DNA of 63,290 nt, filler included, from Octopus bimaculoides (GCF_001194135.2; 6 parts of 6 records of this genome joined end to end with filler, not necessarily neighbours in it); one strand, 5' to 3'; counted from the whole stretch's first letter, positions 36,039 to 49,154 are shown. Program-made: numbers and translations. The notes: generated from the letters alone by a model not told the origin.

Positions 36039-36786
36039 AATAAATATAAATGTATATATATACACACATACACATGTACACATATACATAAGAATCAGTT
36101 ACTTGTAGGTACAGTACAATATTCCAATTACAGAGTGTATAAGAAGAGAAATAATAAGAGTAAAATAGAAGTAAGCAATAGAGTTTGAGAGGAGTACAAC
36201 TTTGTAGAAATGAAAAAGTGTATGAACGGAAAATATATATACATATATATACATACATACATACATACAATGCATATATANNNNNNNNNNNNNNNNNNNN
36301 NNNNNNNNNNNNNNNNNNNNNNNNNNNNNNNNNNNNNNNNNNNNNNNNNNNNNNNNNNNNNNNNNNNNNNNNNNNNNNNNNNNNNNNNNNNNNNNNNNNN
36401 NNNNNNNNNNNNNNNNNNNNNNNNNNNNNNNNNNNNNNNNNNNNNNNNNNNNNNNNNNNNNNNNNNNNNNNNNNNNNNNNNNNNNNNNNNNNNNNNNNNN
36501 NNNNNNNNNNNNNNNNNNNNNNNNNNNNNNNNNNNNNNNNNNNNNNNNNNNNNNNNNNNNNNNNNNNNNNNNNNNNNNNNNNNNNNNNNNNNNNNNNNNN
36601 NNNNNNNNNNNNNNNNNNNNNNNNNNNNNNNNNNNNNNNNNNNNNNNNNNNNNNNNNNNNNNNNNNNNNNNNNNNNNNNNNNNNNNNNNNNNNNNNNNNN
36701 NNNNNNNNNNNNNNNNNNNNNNNNNNNNNNNNNNNNNNNNNNNNNNNNNNNNNNNNNNNNNNNNNNNNNNNNNNNNNNNNNNNNNN

Positions 36787-36819
<33 letters not shown>

Positions 36820-36825
36820 TACACA

Positions 36826-37156
36826 CAAATGAATAATAACATACGATGGATAATTGTCAGCTCATTACAACTGTTTCTTACACATCTTTTTAATAGGAAA
36901 ATGAGAATATTACTTCATTACAAAAAACCGTAATCATCAGATGAAACATAATTTTACAAACATAGTTGGCCTCGACAGACATCAGCTACATCTCTGCAGT
37001 ATTCTTGAGATATTCTTTTGTTTGTAAAATTACGTTTTATCTGATGATTAAGTTGTTTTTTTTTTTGTAATGGAGTAATGTTCTCATTCCACTATTAAAA
37101 AGATGTGTAAAAAACAATGAGCTGACAATTATTCACCGTCTGTTGTTATTCATTTG
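36826..37156. mobile_element. Foldback/MITE-like element with ~135-bp inverted arms
   Basis: Arm 36826-36962 (CAAATGAATAA...TTTTACAAACA) is the approximate reverse complement of 37019-37156; 56-nt spacer. Confidence 0.75.
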
Positions 37157-38387
37157 ATTCTAATACAGCAAGGGGATTTACTACTTGTCGGACACCCTAG
37201 AGTGTACCAACAACGTAGTATTCAACGTAAAGCATGCTTTGGACCAGCCGCTAGGTGCTAAACACTCATAGGGTTGGTTTCCTCTGTACACACAACCGGA
37301 ATATCCAATTTGATACTTACCAACCACAGGCCGGAACCACAGGTTTATCCAACACTACCTGGTGCATATCTTTTCAAGTACCTGATTCTATCTGAATCCT
37401 TATTTTACTACTTATATATATATATATATACATATACACATGCATACATATACATATATGTGTGTGTATGTGTATGTAAATATACACATACACACATACA
37501 TACATACATACATACATACATACATACATACATACACACATACATACATACATACATATTGTCTTGGTCGTTAAAAGTGCTGGTGGGTGTGATGGGTCTA
37601 CCGTTCCAAACAATTATACAAAATCAAGTTTTGACACGAGGAAGGAATTGACACATACCTGAGCAAGAACAGATATCAGAGCGATAGAAATTGTAGATAA
37701 TGTGGAAAGAGTAAAAATAACAGCAGTTTTTCTTTTCTTCTTCTCCCAAATATCAAAACCAACATATCTCAAATATCTTATTACTAAGTAAGTAAAGTTG
37801 CTTTATTTTCTACTAAATTCTATGAGAATTCAACATTTCATTTTACTTGGCGCTAAAACACATCTGCTATACATATTAACAATATCTGAATTCTCTTACG
37901 GTCACTGGTTACGGCATGGTAGAACGGTAATTCTAAGAATATTTAATTTTTTTTCTTTTAAGGTAAAGACTAAAAATTTATTATTTTGCATATTATTTTG
38001 TTTTATTTTGAGAAATAAATGGTGAAATAATAACAGAAGAAATTTTTGGAGTAACATCGCAAAAAAGAAAGAACTCTACAGAATTATAGGTGGATGTCTG
38101 ATACTGTTAGCTTTTGTAAGCTACACATCGAAGTTATTCCAAGGAATCTGCTACTGTTTACTCAGTTAAATAGTAGCGAGAGGTAATATTTATTCCCACT
38201 TAAAAATGGATGTTCAGTTAGAACAAACTTTACTGCAGTATTTACCATGAGAGAAAATCTCCTCTCTGTATATATAGTTTTTAACAAGCTCACTGGCTAA
38301 TCGCGACACCTGTGCCTGTTCAGGCACTGATTTTCTTTCTATCGAAAGCGGAGAGATGAGACGCTGCTATCTGAAGCGGTCGAGTGT

Positions 38388-38434
38388 CCATCACCGATGA
38401 GACCAAGGAAGGTCGAAATTACGTAACCTGGTGG
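38388..38434 (+). ncRNA. Type I hammerhead-like motif, two core substitutions
   Basis: CCATCA-CCGATGA-GACC aaggaa GGTC-GAAA-TTACGTAA-CC-TGGTGG. Confidence 0.6.
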
Positions 38435-38717
38435 TCTCGACGCTGGAGTTGAGGATTTATCTCCCCACTAGCGATATAAACAAGTGTGCGTTCTGCACCA
38501 AAAGCATGAGTTTCTCTCATAGTATTTACTATAGTATAGTTTGTTCAAACAGAACATCCACGCTTAAATGGGAATAAATATTACCACTCGGTATTGACAC
38601 CACCTCTGTCGCTTATATATATATTTTTAAATAGTAGCATATAAGGGTATAGAAAATACAGATCGTGTCACTTTCGAGGTTAGCTTAATTTTTATTATTT
38701 TCTCTGTGTGCGCGGGT

Positions 38718-38721
<4 letters not shown>

Positions 38722-38802
<81 letters not shown>
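38722..38802. repeat. (GT)n microsatellite
   Basis: Pure GT run. Confidence 0.95.
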
Positions 38803-38810
<8 letters not shown>

Positions 38811-39399
38811 CGTGTTATCTAATGAGGACACAGATTCAATAAGAATTTACAAGCAATATAATTTTTACAAGCAATAACTAATATCGATATCAATAACTAA
38901 TATCGATATCTGAAAAGAAGCTATGTCAGGAAAATTATCAAACTACTTTACACAATCTCTGCAATGAATCATTATTCCAGTAACTCCATTTTAGAAACTG
39001 ATGGATTAACAGGATGCTCAGAGGATCTTTCCTTGAAACAATTGTCTGGATAGAAACATCTCTTTGTTATGATCCAGAAACTCTTGCTGATGTTAATATT
39101 TCCCATGTGAATCACACTGGAACAAAACCAATGACAGCTTCGCAGAAAGATTTCGTTGTTTTTATTCCCTGATTTATGCACAATAAGACCAGATAACATC
39201 CTCTAGCTTGGTATTATGTTACAGTGTGGAGATGGGTGTATACGAAATTGTGTGTATGGGTATATATGCAGCTATGCGTAGGAGTAACGTGTGTATAAGT
39301 GTGTATATAGGAATATATGTGACAGGGTATGAATAAAGATATTCTATTTTTTAGTATTAAATATAGATGTAGAAATACTCACATGCTGGCATGTAAATG

Positions 39400-39480
39400 T
39401 ATTTCTTCTTTACCAGTTTCAGTCATTAAACAGTGTCCATGCTGGAGCTTTCGCACAAAGAGATTGTCGATTACAGCGAA
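39400..39480 (-). mobile_element. SINE family B tail fragment
   Basis: GTTTCAGTCATT..CATGCTGGAGC..TTGTCGA. Confidence 0.55.
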
Positions 39481-40050
39481 ATTTATATATATATATATAT
39501 ATNNNNNNNNNNNNNNNNNNNNNNNNNNNNNNNNNNNNNNNNNNNNNNNNNNNNNNNNNNNNNNNNNNNNNNNNNNNNNNNNNNNNNNNNNNNNNNNNNN
39601 NNNNNNNNNNNNNNNNNNNNNNNNNNNNNNNNNNNNNNNNNNNNNNNNNNNNNNNNNNNNNNNNNNNNNNNNNNNNNNNNNNNNNNNNNNNNNNNNNNNN
39701 NNNNNNNNNNNNNNNNNNNNNNNNNNNNNNNNNNNNNNNNNNNNNNNNNNNNNNNNNNNNNNNNNNNNNNNNNNNNNNNNNNNNNNNNNNNNNNNNNNNN
39801 NNNNNNNNNNNNNNNNNNNNNNNNNNNNNNNNNNNNNNNNNNNNNNNNNNNNNNNNNNNNNNNNNNNNNNNNNNNNNNNNNNNNNNNNNNNNNNNNNNNN
39901 NNNNNNNNNNNNNNNNNNNNNNNNNNNNNNNNNNNNNNNNNNNNNNNNNNNNNNNNNNNNNNNNNNNNNNNNNNNNNNNNNNNNNNNNNNNNNNNNNNNN
40001 NNNNNNNNNNNNNNNNNNNNNNNNNNNNNNNNNNNNNNNNNNNNNNNNNN

Positions 40051-40150
40051 NATCCCGGGGTCGATTTGTTCGACTAAAATCCATCAAGGCGGTGCTCCAG
40101 TATGGCCGCAGTCAGATGACTGAAACAAGTAAAAGAGTAGAAGAATAAAA
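40051..40150 (+). mobile_element. SINE family B tail fragment
   Basis: GGGGTCGATTTGTTCGACTAAAATCC.TCAAGGCGGTGCTCCAGTATGGCCGCAGTCAGATGACTGAAACAAGTAAAAG. Confidence 0.85.
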
Positions 40151-40152
40151 GA

Positions 40153-40195
<43 letters not shown>

Positions 40196-40410
40196 TTTTT
40201 TTGTGTTAAGTTATAAGAAAAGCAATTTTACATTAGACTGAAAGATTATTCAATACTTTTTGAAGAGTATATGACACTGTCAATTTTATAGCGAGAATTG
40301 ACAGTGATTTCGAAGTCTGGGCCTGGTACTAGTCAGATGATGGTTTACCACATCGAAACCTCAAAATCTCTGTCGATACTACTCTTGATAAAGAATAATA
40401 TGTGTATATA

Positions 40411-40840
40411 GGTACAGGCGTGGCTGTAGTGTCAAAAGTTTGCTCCCCAACCACATGATTCTGGGTTCAGTCCCACTGTATGGCCCTTTGGACAAGTGTC
40501 TTCTACTATAACTTTGAGCTGCCCTAAGCCTTGTGAGTGGGTTTGACAGATGGAAACTGAAAGAACCCCGTCTAGTGTGTGCGTATGTGTGTGTTTGTGT
40601 GTGTGTGTGCGCGCGTGTGGTTGTCTTTGTTTTGTGTTTGTCTTCATCACTTCTTAACAATCAGACAATCAGTTTCGCTGTGTTTTACCTTTGCATTCGG
40701 CAAAAAAAAAAAAAAAAAAAAATAGCCAATAGAGAAATTACCAGGATTCAAAACTTTAGTAGTGGGGTGATTCGGTCGACGAAAACCCGTCAAGGCGGTG
40801 CCTCAGCATGGCCATTGTCTATTGACTGAAACAAGTAAAC
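40411..40840 (+). mobile_element. SINE family B
   Basis: Head GGTACAGGCGTGGCTGT, core GCCTTGTGAGTGGGTTTGACAGATGGAAACTGAAAGAA, tail GAAACAAGTAAA. Confidence 0.85.
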
Positions 40841-40936
40841 AGATTTTAAAAGACGATGAGTTTGTGCGTGTATGGGGGAGGGGGTGTCTGTGTGTGTGTT
40901 TGTGCACAGATAGATAAATTGATGCATACATGTATG

Positions 40937-40968
<32 letters not shown>

Positions 40969-41053
40969 AAACATATACACATATATATGCATACATACAC
41001 ACGTAGATATATACACACGTAGATACATACATGCGTACATACATACACACACG

Positions 41054-41087
<34 letters not shown>

Positions 41088-41439
41088 AATATTTATATAT
41101 ATACATACACATATATATANNNNNNNNNNNNNNNNNTATATATATATATAAAATATATACTGTTCCTTGATAGAAAATTCTACAAAAAAAGTACTCCATC
41201 TGGTGAGAGATAAACATTATTTATTTAAAGGGCATAATACATGTATTTAAGTGGTACTAATAATTTTATATGTTGAGAAATATTCAAACTCGTCTTCGGG
41301 CTCAAACCGCATATCATAACGAACTAAAAAAAAACGAAAAAAGAAAATGGAAAACGAAAACAAAAACTAAAATGTAAAGAACAAAAAATAAAAAGGTAAA
41401 AAAGCTATCCTCCTTAGAACTTAAATGATAAACCTTTCC

Positions 41440-41620
41440 CTAAGCCTAATGAGAAACTCGCATATATACATAAACAGTATTGTCTCCCTCCTGTAATTTT
41501 TAAAAACCTGATATCTAATATTTGTAACAGAGTGTCTAACCTTTCTTCTTCTAAAGAAATTTTCGAGAAAGTTGCCCCCTATATAACAATGCCCTAGCCA
41601 ATAGTGGCTTCAAAGATGTA
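41440..41620 (+). mobile_element. Penelope-like (Naiad-like) RT-thumb fragment
   Basis: KPNEKLAYIHKQYCLPPVIFKNLISNICNRVSNLSSSKEIFEKVAP(.)YNNALANSGFKD, homologous to 44395-44560. Confidence 0.75.
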
Positions 41621-42620
41621 TATAATCCTTCTAATAATAATCAAAGTCACTCAGGAATAGGTGGAAATTTCCAGTTCTCCAAAATATATTTATACATATC
41701 CATGTGATCAGGATGTCTTTCCTTTATCTTAGAGATCAACAGCAGGGATTCAGTAACCACAATGCTCCTGAGGTCCCTTTTAAGATGGTAGACTCTAATC
41801 TGAGAGGAGTCTAGTAGCTACTCCAAGCAGGTCAATTGACCGCGAAAAGGTACCCTCATTTCCTATAATTGAATACTGTATGAGACAACAAAGTAAACCT
41901 TACACAATTACTCAAACGGGTTGAAATAGTTGCCATAGCTCCCTCACATCACACCCCACAAGGTTAAATACTGAAGACTCTATAAGATAATGGAGTCCCA
42001 GACGCTCCCGAAGGTTGGCCAGAGCTATAATGTCTTTTATCACAGCACTGCTTCATTAGGCTTAACCTGGAGGTAAACAACGCCAACAACAGGAATATGG
42101 ATAATGCTTTCTTCTTTGTCTTCATATATTTAAAATATATTTATACGAGTCTATATATATGTATATATATATATATATATATACATGTAAACACACGCGT
42201 AGAACACGTATACACGCACACACACATACAAGCATAAAGACACGTGCACATACGTACCCCTCTTTCTCTCTCACACACAGACACACACATTCTCTCTCTC
42301 TCTCTTTCTTTATATACATATANNNNNNNNNNNNNNNNNNNNNNNNNNNNNNNNNNNNNNNNNNNNNNNNNNNNNNNNNNNNNNNNNNNNNNNNNNNNNN
42401 NNNNNNNNNNNNNNNNNNNNNNNNNNNNNNNNNNNNNNNNNNNNNNNNNNNNNNNNNNNNNNNNNNNNNNNNNNNNNNNNNNNNNNNNNNNNNNNNNNNN
42501 NNNNNNNNNNNNNNNNNNNNNNNNNNNNNNNNNNNNNNNNNNNNNNNNNNNNNNNNNNNNNNNNNNNNNNNNNNNNNNNNNNNNNNNNNNNNNNNNNNNN
42601 NNNNNNNNNNNNNNNNNNNN

Positions 42621-42870
42621 GTGACCTGATCTGAGATCGTATGCTGAAACAAAAACAATTGCAGCGTGAAAGGTGTTTATAAGCCATTTAAAAACACACA
42701 AAAACCGTTAGATTCACTTCAGCATTTACAGCACAGAATTTTGTCGGTGAACAGGTCGCTGTCTCAAAGCGACGAAAATATTTTGGTAAATTAAATTTAA
42801 ATGTTGAAGTGAATCTAACGTTTTTTGTGTGTTTTTAAATGGCTTATAAACACCTTCCACGCTGCAATTG
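42621..42870. mobile_element. Foldback MITE (>=70-bp inverted arms)
   Basis: 42656-42728 is the approximate reverse complement of 42797-42870; left arm continues into a gap and matches the right arm of the 15.2-15.4 kb copy. Confidence 0.8.
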
Positions 42871-42874
42871 CGTT

Positions 42875-42924
<50 letters not shown>

Positions 42925-42929
42925 GAAGC

Positions 42930-42960
<31 letters not shown>

Positions 42961-43389
42961 AACATAAATGCATATATATGTGTATGTATGTATGCTCATA
43001 TGTATGTATGCACTTTCCGCTCGCCGTATGTAGCCTCCCAGAACAAGAGTAGAAAAATTCTTAGTTTTCGACCAGACTTTAGGCCAAATAGAAATTCCAT
43101 TAAATAAATATTAACACTGGTCACATGGAAGGAGGAGGGAGGGGTATGGGGCAGAGGGATTGAAGGATTAGAAAACAAAATCAAACAAAGTGTAAGGTAC
43201 AGGGGAGATAAACGAGGAGCAAAAGCAGGAGTTTAAAGAAAGAGATAGCCAAGAAATGTGAAAGAGGGGGTGCGAGAATAAGAAAAGAAGAAAGTATGAG
43301 GGGGATTAAAAGACAGAGTAAAAGAATCCTACGAAATTTAGATACATACTTACTATAAGGTGAATACAAGTGTGTACGTATGCGCTATA

Positions 43390-43545
43390 TGTATATATAA
43401 ATATTAAAAAATGGAGCAAAAACGCAATAGAAGACAATAAAACATCCGGACAAGCAGACGATACAAAGGCGGACAGGAAAAACAAGAATTAGAGGGACAG
43501 GAAAAAAAAGACGGGTCATTCGTAGCCTTCTTTCGTCAGTCAAGT
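43390..43545 (-). repeat. Unclassified repeat, homologous to 16240-16555
   Basis: Shared GAATGACCCGTC and GTCCGGATGTTTT segments. Confidence 0.5.
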
Positions 43546-43558
43546 TATATATATATAT

Positions 43559-43619
<61 letters not shown>

Positions 43620-43874
43620 AGAGTGAAAAATTGCACAGAAAGGCGACAAAAGAAAGCACGTAAAAAAACGTACACAATACGTGGATATGCTCGTCTCTGA
43701 TCGGTTATCGACCACCAACAATCCTCACAAATTCGGACCATTATCGATAAGGATGTTAATTGTGGTGCCGTTAACTGTGAAACGTTGCTGGGATAAGTGA
43801 GCTTCAAGAACCGGACGAAAAGAAAAAACAAATGCTAAACGACGACAGAATAAGGACAAGACATATTAGAAAAT

Positions 43875-44125
43875 GACTATCATCTCTTCGGCCCCATAAA
43901 AAAGGGTTTGAGAGGCGGACATTATTCCAGTGACGAGGAAGGGAAAACTCTAGTGAAAAAGTGGCTCAAAGAACAGCAAACAGAATTTTACAGGGCAGGG
44001 ATACATGCTTTCATTCGAAGGTGGAACTTTGCTATTGAGAGAAACAGTGACTAGGTTGAGAAGTAGTGATGTGATCCACAGAGGACTAACTTCATTTTGA
44101 TGTATGATACATGTTCCTGTGTTGG
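43875..44125 (+). mobile_element. mariner transposase C-terminal fragment plus 3' flank
   Basis: DYHLFGPIKKGLRGGHYSSDEEGKTLVKKWLKEQQTEFYRAGIHAFIRRWNFAIERNSD*VEK. Confidence 0.85.
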
Positions 44126-44149
44126 TAATTATACCTGTCCTAAACAAAA

Positions 44150-45251
44150 TGGGTTTTACATTCTGGACACGTTGGGTAATAAATTCTTCTCTGTCCACTT
44201 TGGCCTATATAGAGATGAAGCCTTAGCCATCTCCAGACGCGCTAACAGTTATACATTAGATAGGCTTAGAAAAGTCATCATACACACCCTCAACAACCTT
44301 GGCCTAAAAGTCACCATAGAGACTATCCTCACCGTGGTGAACTTCTTGGATGTCACTCTAGATTTAGACGGTGGCACCCACAGACCATACCGCAAACCGA
44401 ATGATACATTAACACAGCCCCCTGCCACCCACCCTTAGTGTTCAAAAACCTAATAAAAGGTTTCAATAAACAGATTTCAAACTTATCTTCAAATAAGGAT
44501 ACTTTCGACGCAGCGGCTCCCGCTTACAATGAGGCGCTAGCGGCCAGAAGGTTCAAGGATAATATAATATATACACCAGGATCGAACAACCATAAAAGGA
44601 AACGCCACCGCAGGACCTTATGGTCTGATCTCCACAACTCCCTTAACGTCCGGACATGTGTAGGTAAGATTTTTCTTAGGTTGATGGATAAGAATTTCAC
44701 GTGATCACACATATGTAGAAAGATCTTTAACAGACATAATTTAAGGATCTCTCTCAGTTGTGCACCCAGTGTTAAGAAAAAATTACTTAGTACTCCTAAA
44801 CCACGGACAGAGGTAGGTTGTTCATGCAGGATTAGAAATGAATGCCCAGTAACACCGAGGCCGATGTAACACCGAGGCTATTGTGTACCAAGCAAAGGCA
44901 GCCTCAAACAGGAGTAGCACAAATAACAGTAACATCAATGCCAACACAGGGACACACACTAAAATTTATGTCGGATCTTGTGAATCCAAATTTAAAATTA
45001 GCCTGAACAATCACAGATCTTCTTTCAGGGTCCCAGAGAGACGCAACACAACGACAGTCGCAGCATAGACACTCGCAGCTAGAAACTTGTGGACCCTATC
45101 GCAATGGAACAAGACCATGTAAATTGTGTATAACAAAAATATATAATCCTTATGAACTCATATGAGCCAGGAGGCTACCTGAACTCCAGGACGGAAGCCA
45201 AGGGTAGTCGTCCACATTTTCAGAAATTTTTACTTTAAAATTGGAAAACCT
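44150..45251 (+). mobile_element. Penelope-like element (Naiad-like), RT C-terminus + GIY-YIG, decayed
   Basis: GLYRDE, VNFLDVTLDL, PYRKPND, VGKIFLRLMDKNF, KIFNRHNLRISLSC, CSCRIRNECP..GRCNTEAIVYQA, IYVGSCESKFK..NNHRSSF, CKLC...LNSRTE...HFQKFLL*. Confidence 0.88.
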
Positions 45252-45351
45252 NNNNNNNNNNNNNNNNNNNNNNNNNNNNNNNNNNNNNNNNNNNNTTAAT
45301 TAATTAANNNNNNNNNNNNNNNNNNNNNNNNNNNNNNNNNNNNNNNNNNNN

Positions 45352-45397
<46 letters not shown>

Positions 45398-46367
45398 AAT
45401 ATGTATTTTATTGGTAAATGTTACTCTATTTGATGTTAATATTCTTCACACAAGGTCATATTTTATAGCTTGATGAAAGGCCGTTGCTTATTTTGTTAGC
45501 AGATGAAGGAAAAAGAAAAAAGACAAGAAAACGAATAGCAAGAGTTTATTGTGGATTTAAATGAAACTAATTGAGACACGCTGCCTAAACACAATAATAA
45601 TATTTGACAATCGTAAAATTCCTTTACGTCAGAAACTTTTCACAAGCAATAAACACGTTTGTATAGCGTTTATATTCAAAGGCCCCATATCTCACTGGAT
45701 TACGAAACCAATATATCTCACGTAACATTTCCAGAGGCATTAATAACAATTCTCTTAAAGTTAGTTCAATTGGCATATGTATTATAAAGTATCCTACACA
45801 GACTCCATAAAATAAACAGAACCTGGTGCTACAATACATTTGGCTATGTTGCTATTTCGCCCTAGAGCTCCGACATCCCACACTTTGAAATTATTTTCCA
45901 TTTATGCACGTGAGAATTATATATCGTGTGCGTGTGTGTGCGTGTTTGCGTCTATGTGTGAGTTTGTGTCTATGTATATTTTGAGTATCTGTATTTGTAT
46001 ATGTGTGTATATGTGTTTGCGCTTACATGTATGTTGAGTGTCATGTGTTAGGTCTGTTCGAGAACTATAATCAAAGGTATTTCAGACCGTACATAACGTC
46101 ATATCATTGTTCTTTCTGTATATCAAGAACCATACCATGCAGTGAGCTACTTCACTGTACAAAGTTGGTAATAATAATGATATGACGACGATTTGACTGT
46201 CATTTCTAGCAGACTCAGTAATGGAAGGAAGACCGTTTTCAACTTAAACACTAGTTATCTTTTATTTTGAGGCGGGAGGTTATGAGTTGAGAGTAGATTT
46301 ACCTAGCAGTCGAGTGAGTAGAAACTCTTTAGCCTGATCTTGTATGAGCATAGTGTAATTATCATGG

Positions 46368-46740
46368 TGAAGGCACAATGACCCAGTGGTTAAGGTAGCG
46401 GACACGCGGTCATAGGATCGCAGTTTCGATTCCCAGACCATGCGTTGTGAGTATTTATTGAGCGAAAACACCTAAAGTTTCACGAGGCTCCGGCAGTGGA
46501 TGGTGGCGAACCCCGCTGTACTCCTTCTCTGATTCTTACTTCCTGTTTCTGCTGTGCCTGTATTTCAAAGGGCCAGCCTTTTCACACTCTGTGTCACGCT
46601 GAATATCCCAGAAGACTACGTTAAGAGTACACGTGTCTGTGGAGTGCTCAGCTATTTGCACGTTAATTTCACGAGCAGGCTGTTCCGTTGATCGGATCAA
46701 ATGGAACCCTCGACGTCGTAAGCGACGGAGTGCCAGCAAC
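46368..46740 (+). mobile_element. tRNA-derived SINE, local family C
   Basis: Head GGCACAATGACCCAGTGGTTAAGG...GTTTCGATTCC; tail GGAACCCTCGACGTCGTAAGCGACGGAGTGCC; 11-bp TSD AATTATYATGG (46357-46367, 46741-46751). Confidence 0.9.
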
Positions 46741-47643
46741 AATTATTATGGCTGATATTTTGAAAGACATGTGACCAGGCATTTTACATAATGAATCGGA
46801 TAAAAAAAAAATTCTTTACTGAATACTTTCCACGAATGTACTTTTATTATATTTCTAAGATTTCTTCAGTTCTACTGAATTTATTGCATCATTCGGCCAA
46901 GAATGATGGACATTAGATTTTTGAATAACCAGAATTTCTGCCAAACATCGAATTTTGGCAGCAAATTGAGATATTCACTTCACGAATATCACAGCTGTTA
47001 TTTCGCCAGTATTCCGCATTGTTCTCTCTACTTCTTTGTACACATGCCACTAATGACAGGAATAGGAAATTTTATATTTCGACTCCTGGTGCGAACAGCG
47101 AAATAAAGCTAAAGGGATATCCAAATATTGCATATTGAAACATATCTTCATGTAAATAGGATACTGTGTGACTGCCAACAACAATAAAATAATCATAAAA
47201 ACTATTCCTACTACTAAGACTAATAGCATCATGGAACATGGAATTGAAATCAGAATAATATTTCAAAATGTAAGAAAGGGGGCAGAGAAAAGGAGGAAAT
47301 CGGTTGGATAATAGATATGAATAATCATAAGAGCGTCCTCGTATATATTTATACATATATGGCTACAAACTGTTTTTTTCGTACAATAGCTGGTGACGAA
47401 GTAATAATCACTGAGATATCTAAATGTTCTGCAGGCATCTTGCTGTAAATATTCCATATTTTTATACTAGGGAGTATTCATTAGCGTTTGTTTCATTTGC
47501 ATTGACATAAAATCGTAGGGTTGATCCTGTCTTCAGGCGTGCACTCTGAGTGATTAGAAATGAGATGAGCTACACATGCATTCACAAAAGTATCAACAAA
47601 TGTGCACACATAAACGGTTGTGCGTATATATTCTTTCTTGCCT

Positions 47644-47975
47644 TTAACCCACAAACGCGGAGTATAGGCCACTTATAATTGAGTTCCATGTCGCATAATT
47701 GTTCGCTTCTGTACTTATAATCTGCCATGAGTGTCCCCCTTTCTCTAATTCCTTTTGTGTTGATCTACGCCACGAGTTCTTAGACCTACCCCTCTTTCTA
47801 CATCCATCCGGATTCCACTGTAAAGCACTTTTCGCTACATTTGATGTGTCCTTTCTAATTGTGCTACCAATCCACTTCCACTTTTTCTTCAATATTTGCT
47901 CCCTAATCGAAACTTGATTCGTTCTTTGCCATAGCTCCATATTGCTTATGTGTTCGGGCCATCTGATTTTAAGTA
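47644..47975 (-). mobile_element. RTE-type LINE 3' end fragment
   Basis: LKIRWPEHISNMELWQRT..KKKWKWIG...KSALQWNPDGCRKRGRSKNSWRRS. Confidence 0.85.
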
Positions 47976-49154
47976 TACTATATGCATATAAAGTATATGT
48001 GTATAAAGAAGTAGATATATACATGTGTATACACACACACACACACACACACATATATATGAAGAGAAATAGGTAGATAGATAGATAGATAGTGTAGCAA
48101 GTTTGCTTTTCAATGCGATTGGAAACTGCTCAGCGCATTTGATATGCCTCAAGTCAAAACATTTATAGAACGGGAAGAGATGCTGCAAATGTGAATAAAA
48201 TTATGCATTAACTTTATTATATTATATATCAGAATAAATAAATAATTATATTTCATATCCTTTCTGGGCACGTCCGAGTGTCTAGCACTGGGCGTTCATA
48301 TATATAGTTAAAGAGGCTTATAATCCTTTATCAGGAGAAGCGCAAAATGTAACATACTTGAATCGTGTTTTTCATCTATATGACGCTATAGAAATCGGTG
48401 ACAAACGAAAAAAAGTGGAAACATCTAGCAGACATTTACACACAACTTGCTTTTTGAAATATATTATCGGCTCGTGTATATAACCAGTTAATACTGAAAT
48501 TTGTATTGGATAACAATTTGCATGCATTGCAATATAAATTATGTTAATACATAACGCATAATTTCATTTTGTGTGTGCGTGTGTGCATAGGGATTTTCGT
48601 AGCGCTCATTAGAAGGGAAAATTATAAGTTTTATAAGAATATTGATGTATGCGGAAAACTAAAATTAAGCGACACATATCGAAATAAATGCATAATGTTT
48701 TCTGTAAGAACTGATGAAACCATTTTCTTAGCAGTCACACGTTCATAAAGCTATATGGACTACACTTTAGATGTGAAAAATGTGAATCATTTCATTATTT
48801 TATTATTCGTACGCATGGTTTTGTAGGATCAGACGACGTATTATGACGCATTAATATAAATATGAAGTTATGTTCAAATGAATCCTTGTTAGTTCGTGAT
48901 GCACTCCGTTTTTACTCGGAGTTTGACATACTCCTGTGAAGAATATCCGAGTAATATTTTAGAGGGCAGTGTGAATATACGTTGGAGACATTTATATTTG
49001 TGTATGTCTTCTAAGTTCATATTTTCCATTGTTTATTTTTGCCACGTGATCTGAGTTGGTACAAATTAGTAGGTGTATGTTTTGTTTTTTTTTTTGTTTG
49101 TTTTTTAGCTTCTTTGGTATATAGGGAATTAAACACTGAAGTGTTTGAAAAAGA

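Noticed and set aside
44702-44704. In-frame TGA in the Naiad-like ORF as possible selenocysteine
   Set aside because: It is not at a Cys position of the zinc-binding linker (those are TGT/TGC); more simply a decay mutation such as CGA>TGA.
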